NCBI RefSeq assembly: GCF_964204645.1
Contig: NC_134032.1
Coordinates: 11,830,275-11,894,274, forward strand
Direction of reading: 5' to 3'
DNA length: 64,000 bases
From: Tubulanus polymorphus
Lineage: Eukaryota > Animalia > Nemertea
A model generated the notes under the pieces. That model had not been told where the DNA came from. It was given only the letters and a program-made list of their open reading frames with translations, and made no database searches. Position 1 is the first letter of the stretch. The number at the start of each line of letters is the position of its first letter. Positions 40,341 through 53,453 of the stretch are shown one piece after another. Made by a program: the position numbers and the translations under genes.

Positions 40341-40786
40341 CGTATATCTGGTGCTTTATCCATTTCTATAATGCACTGCATTGCATAACTGGGCACAAGC
40401 TCGAAATATAGTAAAAATGATCTGATCATAATAATAACTGTCTGTAATGTGTTTTTCTGGAGTTTTGTGTCAAGAAAGGAATGCATTTGTAAACTACAGG
40501 CGGCTAAATAACGCCAAACAAAAACCCGTCGCACATTCACCAATCACCTGGAATCGTCGAACTTCTGAAGAGGTTGGCCAAGACTGCAGATTGATACGTT
40601 TACATTATTTCGCCAGTCGATTCGGGTTCAGTGAAACAAAATAAAATCTACACAATTCATTAGCAGTAATTTATTCCTAGTATCATATTATAACTTGACA
40701 CAATGAATGGACAAACAACATCCAAATCACAAATTACGCGTTCTTATTCCAACTTCTGGCGGCGTGGAGAAAAGTCTTCTTCGTCA

Positions 40787-40848
40787 TGGATTTGACTTTG
40801 ATCAGGGATATATATATATATATATATCCCTGATCAAAGTCAAATCCA
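40787..40848. repeat. Perfect 62-bp palindrome with an (AT)10 centre
   Basis: tggatttgactttgatcaggg-(at)10-ccctgatcaaagtcaaatcca. Confidence 0.9.
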
Positions 40849-40889
40849 CTCATCGATAATGACTTTGAAATTCGGGAGTCGTTGTCCGA

Positions 40890-41129
40890 ATGTATATAGC
40901 TATTTTCGTATTGAACGCACCAGAAATTGCGTACGTTCTTGTTTATACTACAAGCGATCTACTGACGCAGTTACCGCATCAAATAACTACATGGCTGATC
41001 CTTACTGTAGGTGTCCTGATTATGACAAAGAGCGCTATTAATTTTTTCATATATACCGCGAATTTGAAGTCATTTCGCGAAGAACTGATTCGCATCGTAT
41101 TATCTATCAGCAGCGGGATTCGAACCTAA
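40890..41129 (+). pseudogene. C-terminal fragment of a second class A GPCR
   Basis: AIFVLNAPEI (TM6-like), SAINFFIY (NPxxY variant), FREEL (helix 8); no upstream open frame. Confidence 0.65.
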
Positions 41130-41251
41130 TCGTGTGTAGATTTGTGTCTTCACAAAGGAAATCATAGTCTAGGAATCCTTGAAATAAACGGTAAAGGCTC
41201 CGAACACGAGCCGAAAACTGCGTACGCAAAATTCGCTCGTGTGCGGGGCCC

Positions 41252-42216
41252 TTATTTGACTGACTTGTTGCAGCGAATTTTCATGCAGAAATATTCACGA
41301 ATCTCTCGTCCCAGTAAGAGATATATGTAGAAATTAGTGACATAGTTACACACTTGAAACTGAAGAAATAAGTCGAATAGAAAATCTCTGTTCCGGGGAG
41401 ATTGGTAAGTATGTAGCAATAGTGGATGGAAGTGTGAAAATTGCAAATGCGAGTGAAACTGTTACGAGCATTATTGTTGTACGTTTTGATTTTGTAGTTT
41501 TCTGATCTGACGAAACCATTTTCGAACCTCTGAATAACTGAACTACTATCAAAGAATTTGATGTTATTATCAAAGTTAATGGTAGAATATAAGAGTGGAT
41601 GACAAATATAGTGAAATATGATATTTGGTCGAGTAATTCGTAGTAACACCCGAAACACCCGAGTCGGGTAAATGAATGGACAAAATCGGTGAGAAGTATA
41701 GAAACGTTACATTCACTGCAATGATTATGAATATAGTTAATCTAGCGAATCTCGGTGTACATATCAAACGAGATGTGAACGGGAAGAGAACAACTGCCGC
41801 ACGTTCTAGAGATATAGCAACGATAAACCACGAACTATTGATGATTGTAAGCCCCATTGTAAATTCATAAATTTGACAACTGGTTAATGATTTCATGATG
41901 AATATGGGACCGACGCCTGGATGCAAGAGAACAAACTCTAAAACGGGCATCAGCGTACAATTGATGCAGAACATAGAATCACTGATAGACAAAACGATCA
42001 GATAGTTCGCGTAAGATAAACTGCGAAATCTACGACTTCATTCTCTATCATTATCAAGAAAGTAGCTGAATTCCCGATGGCGCCTAAAACGAACATGACA
42101 GGCAGAATAAACAGTGACACAGAGCGGTAGATTCCGGACCTGTACATTACAGACCTAAGAATGGTGTAACTGTTGTACGTTCGACCAATCTGCATCTCGG
42201 TTGAATTCATAATCAA
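41252..42216 (-). pseudogene. Full-length GPCR paralog with three frameshifts
   Basis: Colinear with 26279-27229 from MNSTEM to SVK*; 8-nt insertion ~42039-42046, net +2 nt at ~41650-41662 (aacacccga duplication), 2-nt CT deletion ~41386. Confidence 0.9.
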
Positions 42217-43854
42217 CGATGATTAGTGTGAATGACTGTGGTCTGATTCTATCAATATAGACTGACACAATGTCTATTGCAGCTCACAATTTATTGTCCG
42301 TATCGAATGAAAAATCAATTCTCTAAATCTAACATCATACAGATTTTTGAAAGTTTCTCATTGTGTGGAATATACCAGGTAGATATAACTTACTAAATCC
42401 AAAAGAGATATTTGTTGATATAGAATTCATATTCTAAATAGTATAAATAGCATTAGCTTCATCGTTCAACGACAGAATAGTTCTCATGGGCGGGTTCTTT
42501 ACAAGTACAGATATCTTCCATTTTCCATCAAAGCTGTAATAATCATTTTGAATTTGGCTCCATAATTGAACACCACTCATATTTGTAGCTGATGCAACCA
42601 TGAGTCATATATTCAGGCCATCTCCTTAATGATGAAATAAGTTGTCAAAGTTGTGGAAATAATTACTTGAAATTGGAATGCCGGCACATAATACATTAAT
42701 TCCCGCAAAACAATAGAAAGATTTTGTATTCAATGAACCGGTCAGTGCTTGTTTAAAAGTTCATCTTAATTTCGGTAAATCTTTATACTTGTAGTCAGCT
42801 GATGATCAATTGAGAGTTTTACTGGTATGAACAAGAACTGACACACAATTGCTATTTAAATACATTTGCCAATTCGTTCAAACCAAAATAACCTCAGACT
42901 TCTGTTACAAACCTAATTTAACAAATAGTCGCAGAACAAGTCAAAAGCATCCTCGGAATAAAGGAGATCGATTTTTTTATAATGACGGCGATTGTTAGGG
43001 GATGGATGCAGGCAACAAATTGACAGACAACTGCATACAAATCCTCGATATTGCCTCCCGCCAACACAAACCCTTGGTCGCAGGCCACTTCTTTGGTCTA
43101 TACAGTGGAACCTCGTTAAAGAATTACGTTTAAAGTAAAAAAATTTGATGGTTTCACGCTGGATATAACCTTGCAGTAATCATTCCAAATGATACTCCCA
43201 CGAACTATCGGTAGTAAGAAACGTATTTTTGGTCACGTGAAAGAGGATCCACTATACAGTGCCAAAGATTTTTTAGGTAGACAGTAGTGTTAACCGAATC
43301 AAATTGGTCGTATCGATATTCACATATCGGATTGGGCAAACACATAGACTGGTGGCCGCCAAGTGAGAAAAGAAACGAAACCGCGTGGTTGTGGTATATG
43401 CGGGCCAGGGCAATGCTCGATTGCCGCCGTGGAAAGCGTAATACGTTTGTACGAGCACCGGCGGGAACAACTCTGGCAAGCGAGTAATGCTATGTATAGA
43501 TCAAGAACCAGGGGAAAGTTACTCAAAAGCAAGCCGATTAAGTCATCCTCGCCTAACATGGATAGCCTGTGGCAGGCAATCAAACCCTGGCAAGCGAGGA
43601 TGGTTAAGATTAATCGGTTGATAAAAACCACAGCAGCAATGAACAAAATGTGGTTTTAATACTGCAACTATGTCAACTATCAAATAGTTAACTCTAAAAC
43701 CATCTTAGAATAACTGGCCCCTGTTCATGTTAAACGTTTGTTGGGGTTAAGTTGAATTAAAAATGGAGATCGAGTGGCTGAATCCATATGGATTCCACAA
43801 AACAAATAAGCAACAACACGAGAAAAATGTATTTATTGTTACAAATTTGATACA

Positions 43855-44019
43855 CAGGGCTGCCAAACTCTGAAATTGAAAACAATAAAATTAATCAGCA
43901 AGAGCCTCAGTAACATCTTTCATATTACTGTATGCATAACAGAAATCAAATCAGTATTTCTTGTTACATGTACAGAATAAGTAATAAATACTGAACATCA
44001 GGAAAAGTTGGCAGCTCTG
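43855..44019. mobile_element. Non-autonomous DNA transposon, CAGGGCTGCCAA termini, 6-bp target duplication
   Basis: GATACA-cagggctgccaa...ttggcagctctg-GATACA; related internal sequence in reverse orientation at ~3680-3968 and ~9050-9250. Confidence 0.6.
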
Positions 44020-44148
44020 GATACAAATACACAGTCAAACCCGATATAACAACCCCCTAATTAACTGCCATCCCACCTTATGATAAGGGTTTCTTGCTAA
44101 CGGAACATCCGGAGCCTATCTTCAAAGTCCGTTATAATGCCTTCCTAA

Positions 44149-44504
44149 AGCCTAGCGCACATCGACACTGCGATTGGAGACAACTAGTTGCAAGGCAGTT
44201 TTCGGCGCATGAGAGGAACTGGCTGGATACGATCAGTTGCTTGAATGTGTCGATGTGAGCGAGCTTACGATTGGTAAGCGTCGATCTATCTCCAGTTCCA
44301 GCCAGTTGCCCATGTTATACTTTTGAGCAACTGGTTGTACTCAATCGCAGTCATATCCGTCGATGTGCGCGCTCTGGATCTCGACGATCGACACGCGCCA
44401 TGCAGTTGCTGCAACTGACCGGTTGTATAGATTTCGATGTGCGCGGGGTAATCGTTCGGTAGCAACTAGTTGTCTCCAATCGCAGTGTCGATGTGCGCTA
44501 GGCT
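44149..44504. mobile_element. PIF/Harbinger (Tourist-like) MITE
   Basis: Perfect ~43-bp TIRs agcctagcgcacatcgacactgcgattggagacaactagttgc, with TAA on both sides (44146-44148, 44505-44507). Confidence 0.85.
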
Positions 44505-47164
44505 TAATGCCCCTGCTCACATTTTTCAGAGAACCTATTTGCGTAATCTAACTCTAGTGGAAATAACACCAAAAATTCGCTATAATGCTATTTCTTTCAT
44601 CCTCAGTCCCAATAGTGGCATTATAAGGGACTTTTACTGTACTCCCTTTTACTACCAAAATCCTAAATTAGCCTTGTGGGTGGAATGTTAGTATATGTGT
44701 TGCATTTCCAGTCAGTTTGTATCTCATGGTTTCTGGGTTTCTCAGTCACAGCTAATATTCTACACCAGGCGTTCCTAAAATTAGATACAGCGTTCAATGA
44801 AAAAATCAGCTGATGGTTGTAATTCAAGGGCTACAGGTGGCGCTGTGGTAGAGTTTGGAGCGTTCTACTTGAAGGCAGCTAGCGAAGTAGGAACTTGGGG
44901 AAGGGGATCTTGGAACTAGAGCAGTCACTATCAAAATCCTGCAAGTCCTTATAATTGTATTATCAATGACAACCACCTTTTGACTACATATGTTTGAAAA
45001 GAGTTGCAATTGAGAATAAGTTGGAGTAGTTAGAATTGAGAGGTAGATTGGTGCAGGGTTAGTATTTAAGCTTCGGATATAAGAAGATATTTTATCGCAA
45101 GGTGGCTGCTACTGATATGTAGAATTGGTCACTCGTGACTGTCCTTGGAATCATAAGGTTGTATGGTAGGTGGAGCAGTGACGAAGGTGGAAAAGAATTT
45201 TGGGTGGAATTGAAGTGAGGACGTAAGTTTGAAGCAAGGTTCGGGTAAAATTTTGGAGGAGAGAGCTGAAGATGTCGATAGTGGCTCAGGGGTGTATATG
45301 AAAAAGTTTTAGACAAAACAGGGAATGTGTTAGGATCAGCCTATGGGGCATTAGATTATGGAAATTGTCGTGCAATGAAATCCACAAACGTTTCAATGGG
45401 CTGAAATTGGGGTGATATGACGTGTTACTGGGGTCATTGATTAAATACTCCAATTGCTGAGAAATGCATTCTCCTGACAGTTGAATAATACATGTATCAC
45501 TAATGTGATTATAATCACTGCACAAAAAACACCAGCAACTTTGTTCGTCAACAGATGCCACAAAGTCGCTATCTAAGCATTGATATAGTCAAAATCTTTC
45601 GGGAATGTCAAATCCGTTACCAGTGCACTCTTCAAGAGCCGTCTAGGTACAGACCACTAGTTTCGATAAATTAGGCAACTTCATTAGGCATAACCATGAG
45701 GACAAAATCGGTAATTACAAGTTATATGTAATCATCAGATACAATACGTATCACACATTTCAAGCATGTATCGCTGGATCAAGGAGAAAACAGTTTTATT
45801 GGTGCTTTGTGTTAAAGATCCGCCTCTGGATAAGAAATCATCATTCTATTTGAATTGGGTCGTGCGCACATATAGAACTGTAACAATCTACTCATCCCCT
45901 AGTATGTGACTCTCAATTTTGTTTAACATTCCGTGCCCATCACTTACGAGAATACCATCTCAAAATGATTAGAGAAGTCAAAGGTATTCGTTCTTGGTAT
46001 ATCCTATAGAGCTGCCTAGAAGGCTATTTGTACTGTTCACCAAAACAGATAACAGTGGTGATTGTACACAATAAATCAATTGAAAATCTGGCAATATTTC
46101 AATTCAACAACTTAAAAATCAAAACGAGTCATGATGCATCAGTTACACAGATGTTTGAGCGTTCATTCCGAAATACTCAAATATTTCAACCACTAATTCA
46201 TTCATTCTAATATAAGAATCCACCCCCAAAATTCCTAAAATGCAAAATTCCTCGTCTAAGCTTAACTCATTCCAGTGGTTTATGAAGACGACCGACACCT
46301 CTTCTTTCTGTTTTTTTATTTCGCCCGTGAATTATGCTTAAACATGTTCGAGGTGATTTTTTCAAACTGTTTTAAGGTGCGTCCCCACAGACAACTGAGG
46401 CTAGGATAGAAATGCCCGTATCTCTTGATGCACATGACTACCCTATCGAGGTAGTGATCATACACACGATACTCTCGGGCCCCAGAGTCCGCGGTTCAGT
46501 AAAGGAGCGTCCGATGCACTGATGCTATCGTCCTCCCCGGGCGGCCTTTCGCCATCCCTGTCACCGAGCATATTCACTTTAAAGGCTACCACCCCCTTAC
46601 CATCACCGCTAATTTTCTTCCCGCCGTCTCGCAACCACAGAAACGAGTTTAACTCAGAAAAGGAAGAACCCGAATGGATTCAATTGGATTCAATATACGC
46701 GTGGTCAGGTTTGGGTTCAAATCCCAAGGCACCGTGCACGATGTATTCATAATGTGACCATTTTGTCACCTACCGTCGCTGATTCGGAATAAGTTCCCAA
46801 AGTAAGATTGAAAATAAACCAGCGATTTAAAGAATTTCGAAATTAACGACTAAAATATTCAAGTATTCTGCATCCAATGAAAGTAAACATAAATTTAAAA
46901 TTTTGAGTTACAATGAAACCATGCTATAACGAACTTATAGAATCTACAGTACGAGATAATGAGAAATCATCAATTTTGAACCAAGTCAGAATATTCGTAA
47001 TGAAATAATACTTAGGATACAATTATCAGATTTTCAGGTGCTCGAGTAGATTCGTTATAGTGAGGTTCCACTGTAAGAAGTTAAAGTTTGGAAATGTCGA
47101 GCTATTTGACAACCACACATTGAATGTATTTTCAGAATTCACTCAAATACTGCATGTAAAAGCT

Positions 47165-47385
47165 GGTCGACAACTGGTCAAACCGTTTTCTCCTTGGCAA
47201 TGACTGAAGCCAGTTGACAACTTGTCAAATTGTTGTCTCTATGGCAATGACTGAAAACTGGATCGACAACTGGTCAAAACGTTGTCTCCAAAGCCTTGAC
47301 TGAAAATTGGTCAAATGGTCAAGTTCTTGTTTCGACGGCCTTGACTGAAAACTGGTCGACAACTAGTCAAATTGTTGTCTCCATA
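47165..47385 (+). repeat. Degenerate ~45-50-bp tandem repeat, 4-5 copies
   Basis: Repeated ggtcgacaactggtcaaa...gttgtctc...tgactgaaaact. Confidence 0.7.
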
Positions 47386-49284
47386 ATTGATGTCTCACCG
47401 AAAACAAGTTAACACAAAGCAATAATTAAACTATTTTCTCCCTGATCCAGCGATACTTGAATGGGCTGTGTTTCACATTGTATCTGATGATTACCTAATT
47501 CTATAATAACAGATTTTGTCCTCATGGTTATGCCTAATGAAGTCGTTGAAATCATCAAATCTAATGATTCTGTATACTTGAACAGCTCTTGATGAGTGCA
47601 CTGGTTAAAGTTTTAAGACATCTGAAAAATATACTTATCATAGTTTTAATTCTGATAAACAAGAATATTGACTATCTATGCATAAATTAAGATCTACCAG
47701 TATGTCATTGTGCAGTAGACGATACTTCCACAATTGTTTCTTTTACTTTAGTGGTATTATTCAACTGATAAGGAGAATCTGTCTATTTGCTGGTGTAATA
47801 ATCAACTACTCAGTTACACATCATCACCTTCATTTCAGCCGATCAAAACTTTCACTGATTTCATTGAACAAAGCTTTCAATAATCTATCGCTGCATGAGC
47901 TAAATCCTAAAACATTCTAAATTTAAAAAAAGATAAAAGTAGAGTTTCTAGTCATTTAGAGAGAAATGGGGAATAATGGCAAATCAATAATAAATCAATT
48001 AATACGTATCTTATCTACCGGGGGTATTCATTGATTCATATCGTCTGTTGCTGCTCCTGTCTAACCGCTCCCATGCTGCTCCTGACTGACTGCTCCAACA
48101 ACGTTGCTGAAATTTCAATATAAATCATATCAATCATGTTCTTTGTTTTGAAATGCTATGAAATATTATCAATTACATATAAAATGTTTTGGGGTTCAGG
48201 GGAGCGTGTTTCATGAATTTTCTCGGACTAATGAATCTCATTTGCTTATGGGTGGGTGAAGATGGAGGGTGCGTCTAGGGGGACTCGACATTTCACTGTG
48301 CAAACAACATATCAAATGCAACTTTTGATTTATTTTTTACCTGAATGTCATGTGTTTGTATCCCGCCATTCTACTTGATGATAAACACGCGGTTGAACGA
48401 AAATAACGCGGTTTCTTCTGAAATGAAAAACAAATGGAAATTCATCATGAAATACGCTGATGAAATCGTGTTCCATATACAATACATACCACTTATATCC
48501 TCAACCAAGAGTTATATGTTTGGGTCTTCTGAACAGATTCTTCAACATGAAGGAAAACAAATCATAAAATTGTTTATGATGAAATAGATACTGATTACGA
48601 TATATTATGTATCTCAATACAAACCACTTATCTGTAGCTGAATGGACTGTGGAGTTCAGTTTAAACCAGCTATTCCTTCCCTCATTCATTCCTTAATAAT
48701 CGAACTGAAATGAAAACAACAGATTCTATGCAATCTATTCATATCAGATTCCTCTGCAGGTAATTATGAGTAAAATTGTCTCCATGCATACCAGTAATCG
48801 ACGGTTGAGTTGAAATATGATTCAGCCACAGGTCCACCTCCTAACATACTGAAAACAACATGGAAAATGATTAATAATTATGAAGCCAGTGTTTCTAATC
48901 ATTTGAATTCGTCTTGTACATACCGGTTCGTCTGTAGGTGGTTCGACCATCGACCTGTTCAGGTGTAGGGTTCATTCCCTTATCAATTTCTACAATCTGA
49001 AGAAGGAAAAACTAAAGAGGAAAATTTACTAATTACAAGAATGCAGTTGTTATTAATTGGATCTGGCTCCATACACAACACATATTGCTCATCTGTAGCT
49101 AGCTACAGATGAGTATTACATGTTGTATATGAAAGGAGTTGTACGTACTGTTCAGGTTTCAGCTCACTCCAGGACAGGTCTGTTCCTTACAGTCAAACAA
49201 CCTTACAGCAACTAATTATCATGGACACTGAAATTAAATAAAAATACGTATGAAGGCATATGAACTAAGTGGCAGACAAATGGA

Positions 49285-49915
49285 AAGTTGCAATCTATTT
49301 TCAGTATAGGACTTGTGTAAGATTGTAAGTGGAGAAGTTTCACTCGTTTCAGTCTAATTGAGTGGTGACTGATGAACACGTAACACCGATTTGTCTTCAC
49401 AAGTCATTCGATCAGTTATTCCTCAGTTTGAAGAATGTTTGCTCTCTCATCTTCATTACCAATGAGAAACATTCCCATCCGTGTTACTACAACATCGTAG
49501 CATTTCCATTTATTCAATCATAGAGGGAATTTGTGGTATGAGGTTTGGGCATGGAATTGGGTAGGGTATGGTGTGCTCGAAACTTAGTGTAGGATATGAT
49601 AATGTGGTGAGGTAAGGTCAGGTTGTATGATGCAGGGTTGTTTGATATGGTAGGATTAGATGGTGAGTTTGATATAGAACTGGTCGAGGTGGGTGTATGT
49701 GTTAGTGTACGATGAATAGTTAGGGAGGTGTAAGATAACGGAGAAAGGTAGGTGGTAGGGCGGTACAGGCATGATGCTGGTATGGTTTGTATAAGGTAGG
49801 GCGCGGTGTACGGGACAAGAATTGGGTAAGGTATGTTAGAGCAATGGCAGAGGATAAGTTACAGAATGTGGGGGTAGGGTATTCTGGGGTTGTTGAGGTT
49901 GGGGTGAATTCGGTA
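49285..49915 (-). repeat. ~630-bp dispersed repeat with an inverted partner at ~55875-56527
   Basis: For example, gaagatgagagagcaaacattcttcaaactgaggaataa (~56353-56391) is the reverse complement of ~49417-49455; strong purine/pyrimidine strand skew. Confidence 0.8.
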
Positions 49916-52900
49916 GAAATGGTCCGGCTGGGCGGTCTCTGTAGAAGGTTGGTAGTGTAGTTAGGGAGGTACACGGCGAGATGCAGGGGGTGGGACTAGG
50001 ACAGTACAGGTGTGATGAGTGATAGGCGTGATAGGGACAGAGGGAATGGCCTCCTCACCACCTCCTGGCCTTCTCCGGTTATCTCGACGCGCCTGATCCC
50101 CTCACAAAACAATTCATTATTATGTTACAGCTATTTACACTTGGAATTTTCCATCAAAACCGCGATAGACAATAATTACTGGCTGTCGATACAAATACGC
50201 CATTTCTCACATGATTTAGAAAATTACGAAAAATCATATTGACATCTACTTGAACATATTCCATAATGAAATAGCATCATTACGACTTGTTCGAGGAATA
50301 GAAATGAATTCTTCATTCACAAGTAGCAGTGGAAGGAGCTATGGATGCAATGTCTGAAACCATTGAGATAAAGCATAAAGTAAGGATTGAGATATCTGGA
50401 TACTAGTTCTACCTGTTCATGTCTGCCTCCCTTCAAACCATTCCTTCATTCCACAAAATACTAGATGATACCTCGAAGATACTGAACGTTCAAACATAGA
50501 CAAATAAGTAAAAATTTTTTCCATCATTCTTTCTATCAAGTAAAAGATTCGAAGCAATTATCTTCTGATTGGAAAATGTTCTGATTAACAAATCTCTGTT
50601 ATAGTTTTTACCCTAATACAAGTCTTGGAAACAGCAAGTCGGAGAAATAGGACCCGGAACCCCTAGATTTTCTGTAACACATTTCTTATTTCTATCACTT
50701 AACACACCCAGTGATACATGAAACACAACTTCTCTTCTCACTCTCTCTCTCATTTGCCATTTTTTCTTTTTTTTCAGCGAACATTTCTAAGCACATGAGG
50801 TAGGAGGAGCAGACCAATGTCTGCCCGATAAGCCAGCACGGGACTACCCCTTCGGACCCCACTTTGGTGCTTCAACTTTTTATGAGTCGAGGTAGGAATA
50901 AACCACTGCCTACCCGCTAGGCGGACAAGGGAATAAACCTTCGAATTGCTCTCGGACCCCACTCTTTTTATGTTCTTTTTTGTAATGGCTTGCTCGCTCG
51001 CTCTCCTTACTCTCCTCACTATGCATCAGTATCACCTGGCATAAGTGAATAAATAAGATATTAAGCAAATTGAACTGGGTTAGAATCCATCTCACCAATT
51101 GCTTTTATATTTTACAAGTAGTAGGGTTCACTATAGCCAATCAGAATATTAACCATTAATTGCTGACATCTTTTTATTTGCAGCGTCATTCTTTCCATGA
51201 AACTAGTTTCAATTGCAAAATGAGTTGATGTATTCACTCTTCAAGAGCATCATCTCGATGTATCTCGTGTAGAAATTTCGGAATTAGTGAAGGAAGAAGG
51301 TGCTCAAGGTAAGGCTAGGCACAACATATACAAATGTACATAATACAACATGTCTCATTTTTTTCATCATTCCCGCCTAAGTTTGGATTTTATTGTACAT
51401 TTGAAAGCCGGAATGCAATCGCCAGCTCCAACTTGAAATCCTTAAATATCCGTACACTTCACGCGTCAAAGGGTAACAATAGTCGAAAATGTTACACCTG
51501 ATATTAACCAAACCAAATAACAAAACTGTTAATTTGGACTAGCGAGTTAAACATCTTTGTGAAACAAATTTGAGGGCTGGCACGATTAGTCCGACTACCG
51601 GTAACTTCGCTTATCAAATTTCGTGTTAAGGTCGATTTTCAAAAATTCCCGACGATTTAAGATTTAGATACCGACCTTAAGTACTACGCAAGAAATATTC
51701 GCGTCGATCTACATTGCTGAACTGATCGATATGATCAGTGCGCCATCTGCAGGCATTTTAACGAAATCAATCAATCATCACGATTTTCGAGGTCAAATGA
51801 AGGCAAGAAATCTATTAATTCTATAATAATTCATTATCCACATTTCAGAAGCTGTGAAATTACTTCTCTGCGCATCAACATTTTCTGTTTCCGCTGAATC
51901 ACGAGCTTTCAGAATTTAGTTCTGCTTCGAGTATCGTCTGCACGAGCGACCAATATGAAATTTGTTCTGCCAGCCTTGACCATTTCTCCCCTTTCCCATT
52001 TACCTTACCCCAACATCACTCCTGTACTGTTCTATCGGCACCCGTGTCAACACGTCCAGACATACACACTGACAAATAAGCCAGAAAACAAAATTTCTTT
52101 CTGGAGAGTTTTCATCAAGTTGGGAGGGGTTGATGGATCAGTATCTATAAAATCGGCTGACAAAGTCCGTCATATTATTCTTCAGTATTTTTCAATTATA
52201 AAGCGAAGTCTTTCCGATAAGACTCGAATGATGGATAGTTTATCAAAAGCGTATCTGCCTCACCATCACGAGGCTCAATTTAAACGTTTGCAGATACGAT
52301 ATCTTCACGTAATGCTAGATCCTTCGTTATCAGAGTATCAAAGTTTGATATATCAGAGTTTGCTTTTGATGATGTTTCCTATCAAGAAAAGACAGGAAAG
52401 AATCGAATTAAACTTCTAAATGGTGAAATCATTTTCTTGTAACATGTCGCGATAGCTTCATTTCATGTTCGAGTATCCCAACAAAAACTGACTGACCATT
52501 CGATAAAAATGGGTAAGTGCCAAAATCAAGCTCTGCATCGTTCAAAGCACAGAGGCCTTCTACCCGCCATGGAGGCATTTCAGCGCTCAACAATTCATTC
52601 ATTTCAAAAGATGCCATGGGAAATCATGTAAAATGATGTAGCATCAGGGTTCAAAAATACAACAGTTCGAAGCTGCGTCGAAACAATCCTTAGCGGGAAT
52701 TTCGCGAAAAATATTTGAAAAGATTTTTCTCCATATTCTGTTAACAGACGGGTTCAAAATGGCTCCTAGGAATAGTTGTCAAAAAGCCCACGTTCTCGAT
52801 TTAAAACTGTTACCAATAATGAACGGAGCAACGTCATTCATATTTCCCGGAAAATTTCCTGAAAAAAATTGTTCCCATCTCCAAGACGAGAAATCTTCCA

Positions 52901-53453
52901 GAATCTATTTGCGTAAATATGTCTGGACCTGTGACCGACCGTAACATCACACCGTGTACCTACCAAACTACACTACCCAATGTAACCTTCCAACAGTAAA
53001 CCACGTGCAAGTAGATAATTCAGCACTGGAACAGATTTTCTATATGACTTTAGGAAAGTTCGAATTTTCAGTCGTTCAATGGGAAAACTGTTCAGACTTT
53101 TACCGTAATCAGTCTTATGACCTTCTAGGTGGACTAAAAGTTGCAATCAGAGACAACTGGTGGCAAACGACTTACACATGATTCACTGTCTCGCGCAACC
53201 CGACCATCCATGTTCTCACTAAACTCGTCAACTAGGGGTACAGCGATGCCATACCCACTTGGAAAGAAGTTTGAAATGCTCGACAATCTGGTAATTTCAA
53301 TATTCAATGCCGCCCGGGTGAAAATATGACAGAAATATTAATGGAAATACTATGTAATTTCAACATTCAACGCCCTCTGGCGATTGTTTATAGAAAACAA
53401 TGACCTAGGAACATCGCTACAATCGTAGAACATGGCATTAAAACCAACGTCTA

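Noticed and set aside
33267-40644. Short ORFs repeated between units (33267-33542, 34085-34291, 39817-40002, 40337-40543)
   Set aside because: They lie in the peptide genes' upstream intron or UTR; similarity reflects duplication and the frames are broken in other copies.
41252-42216. Functional GPCR through programmed frameshifting
   Set aside because: Three independent indels without slippery-site context; ordinary pseudogenisation is simpler, though assembly error is not excluded.
51955-52419. 154-aa ORF
   Set aside because: No recognisable domain, splice context or coding-like composition.
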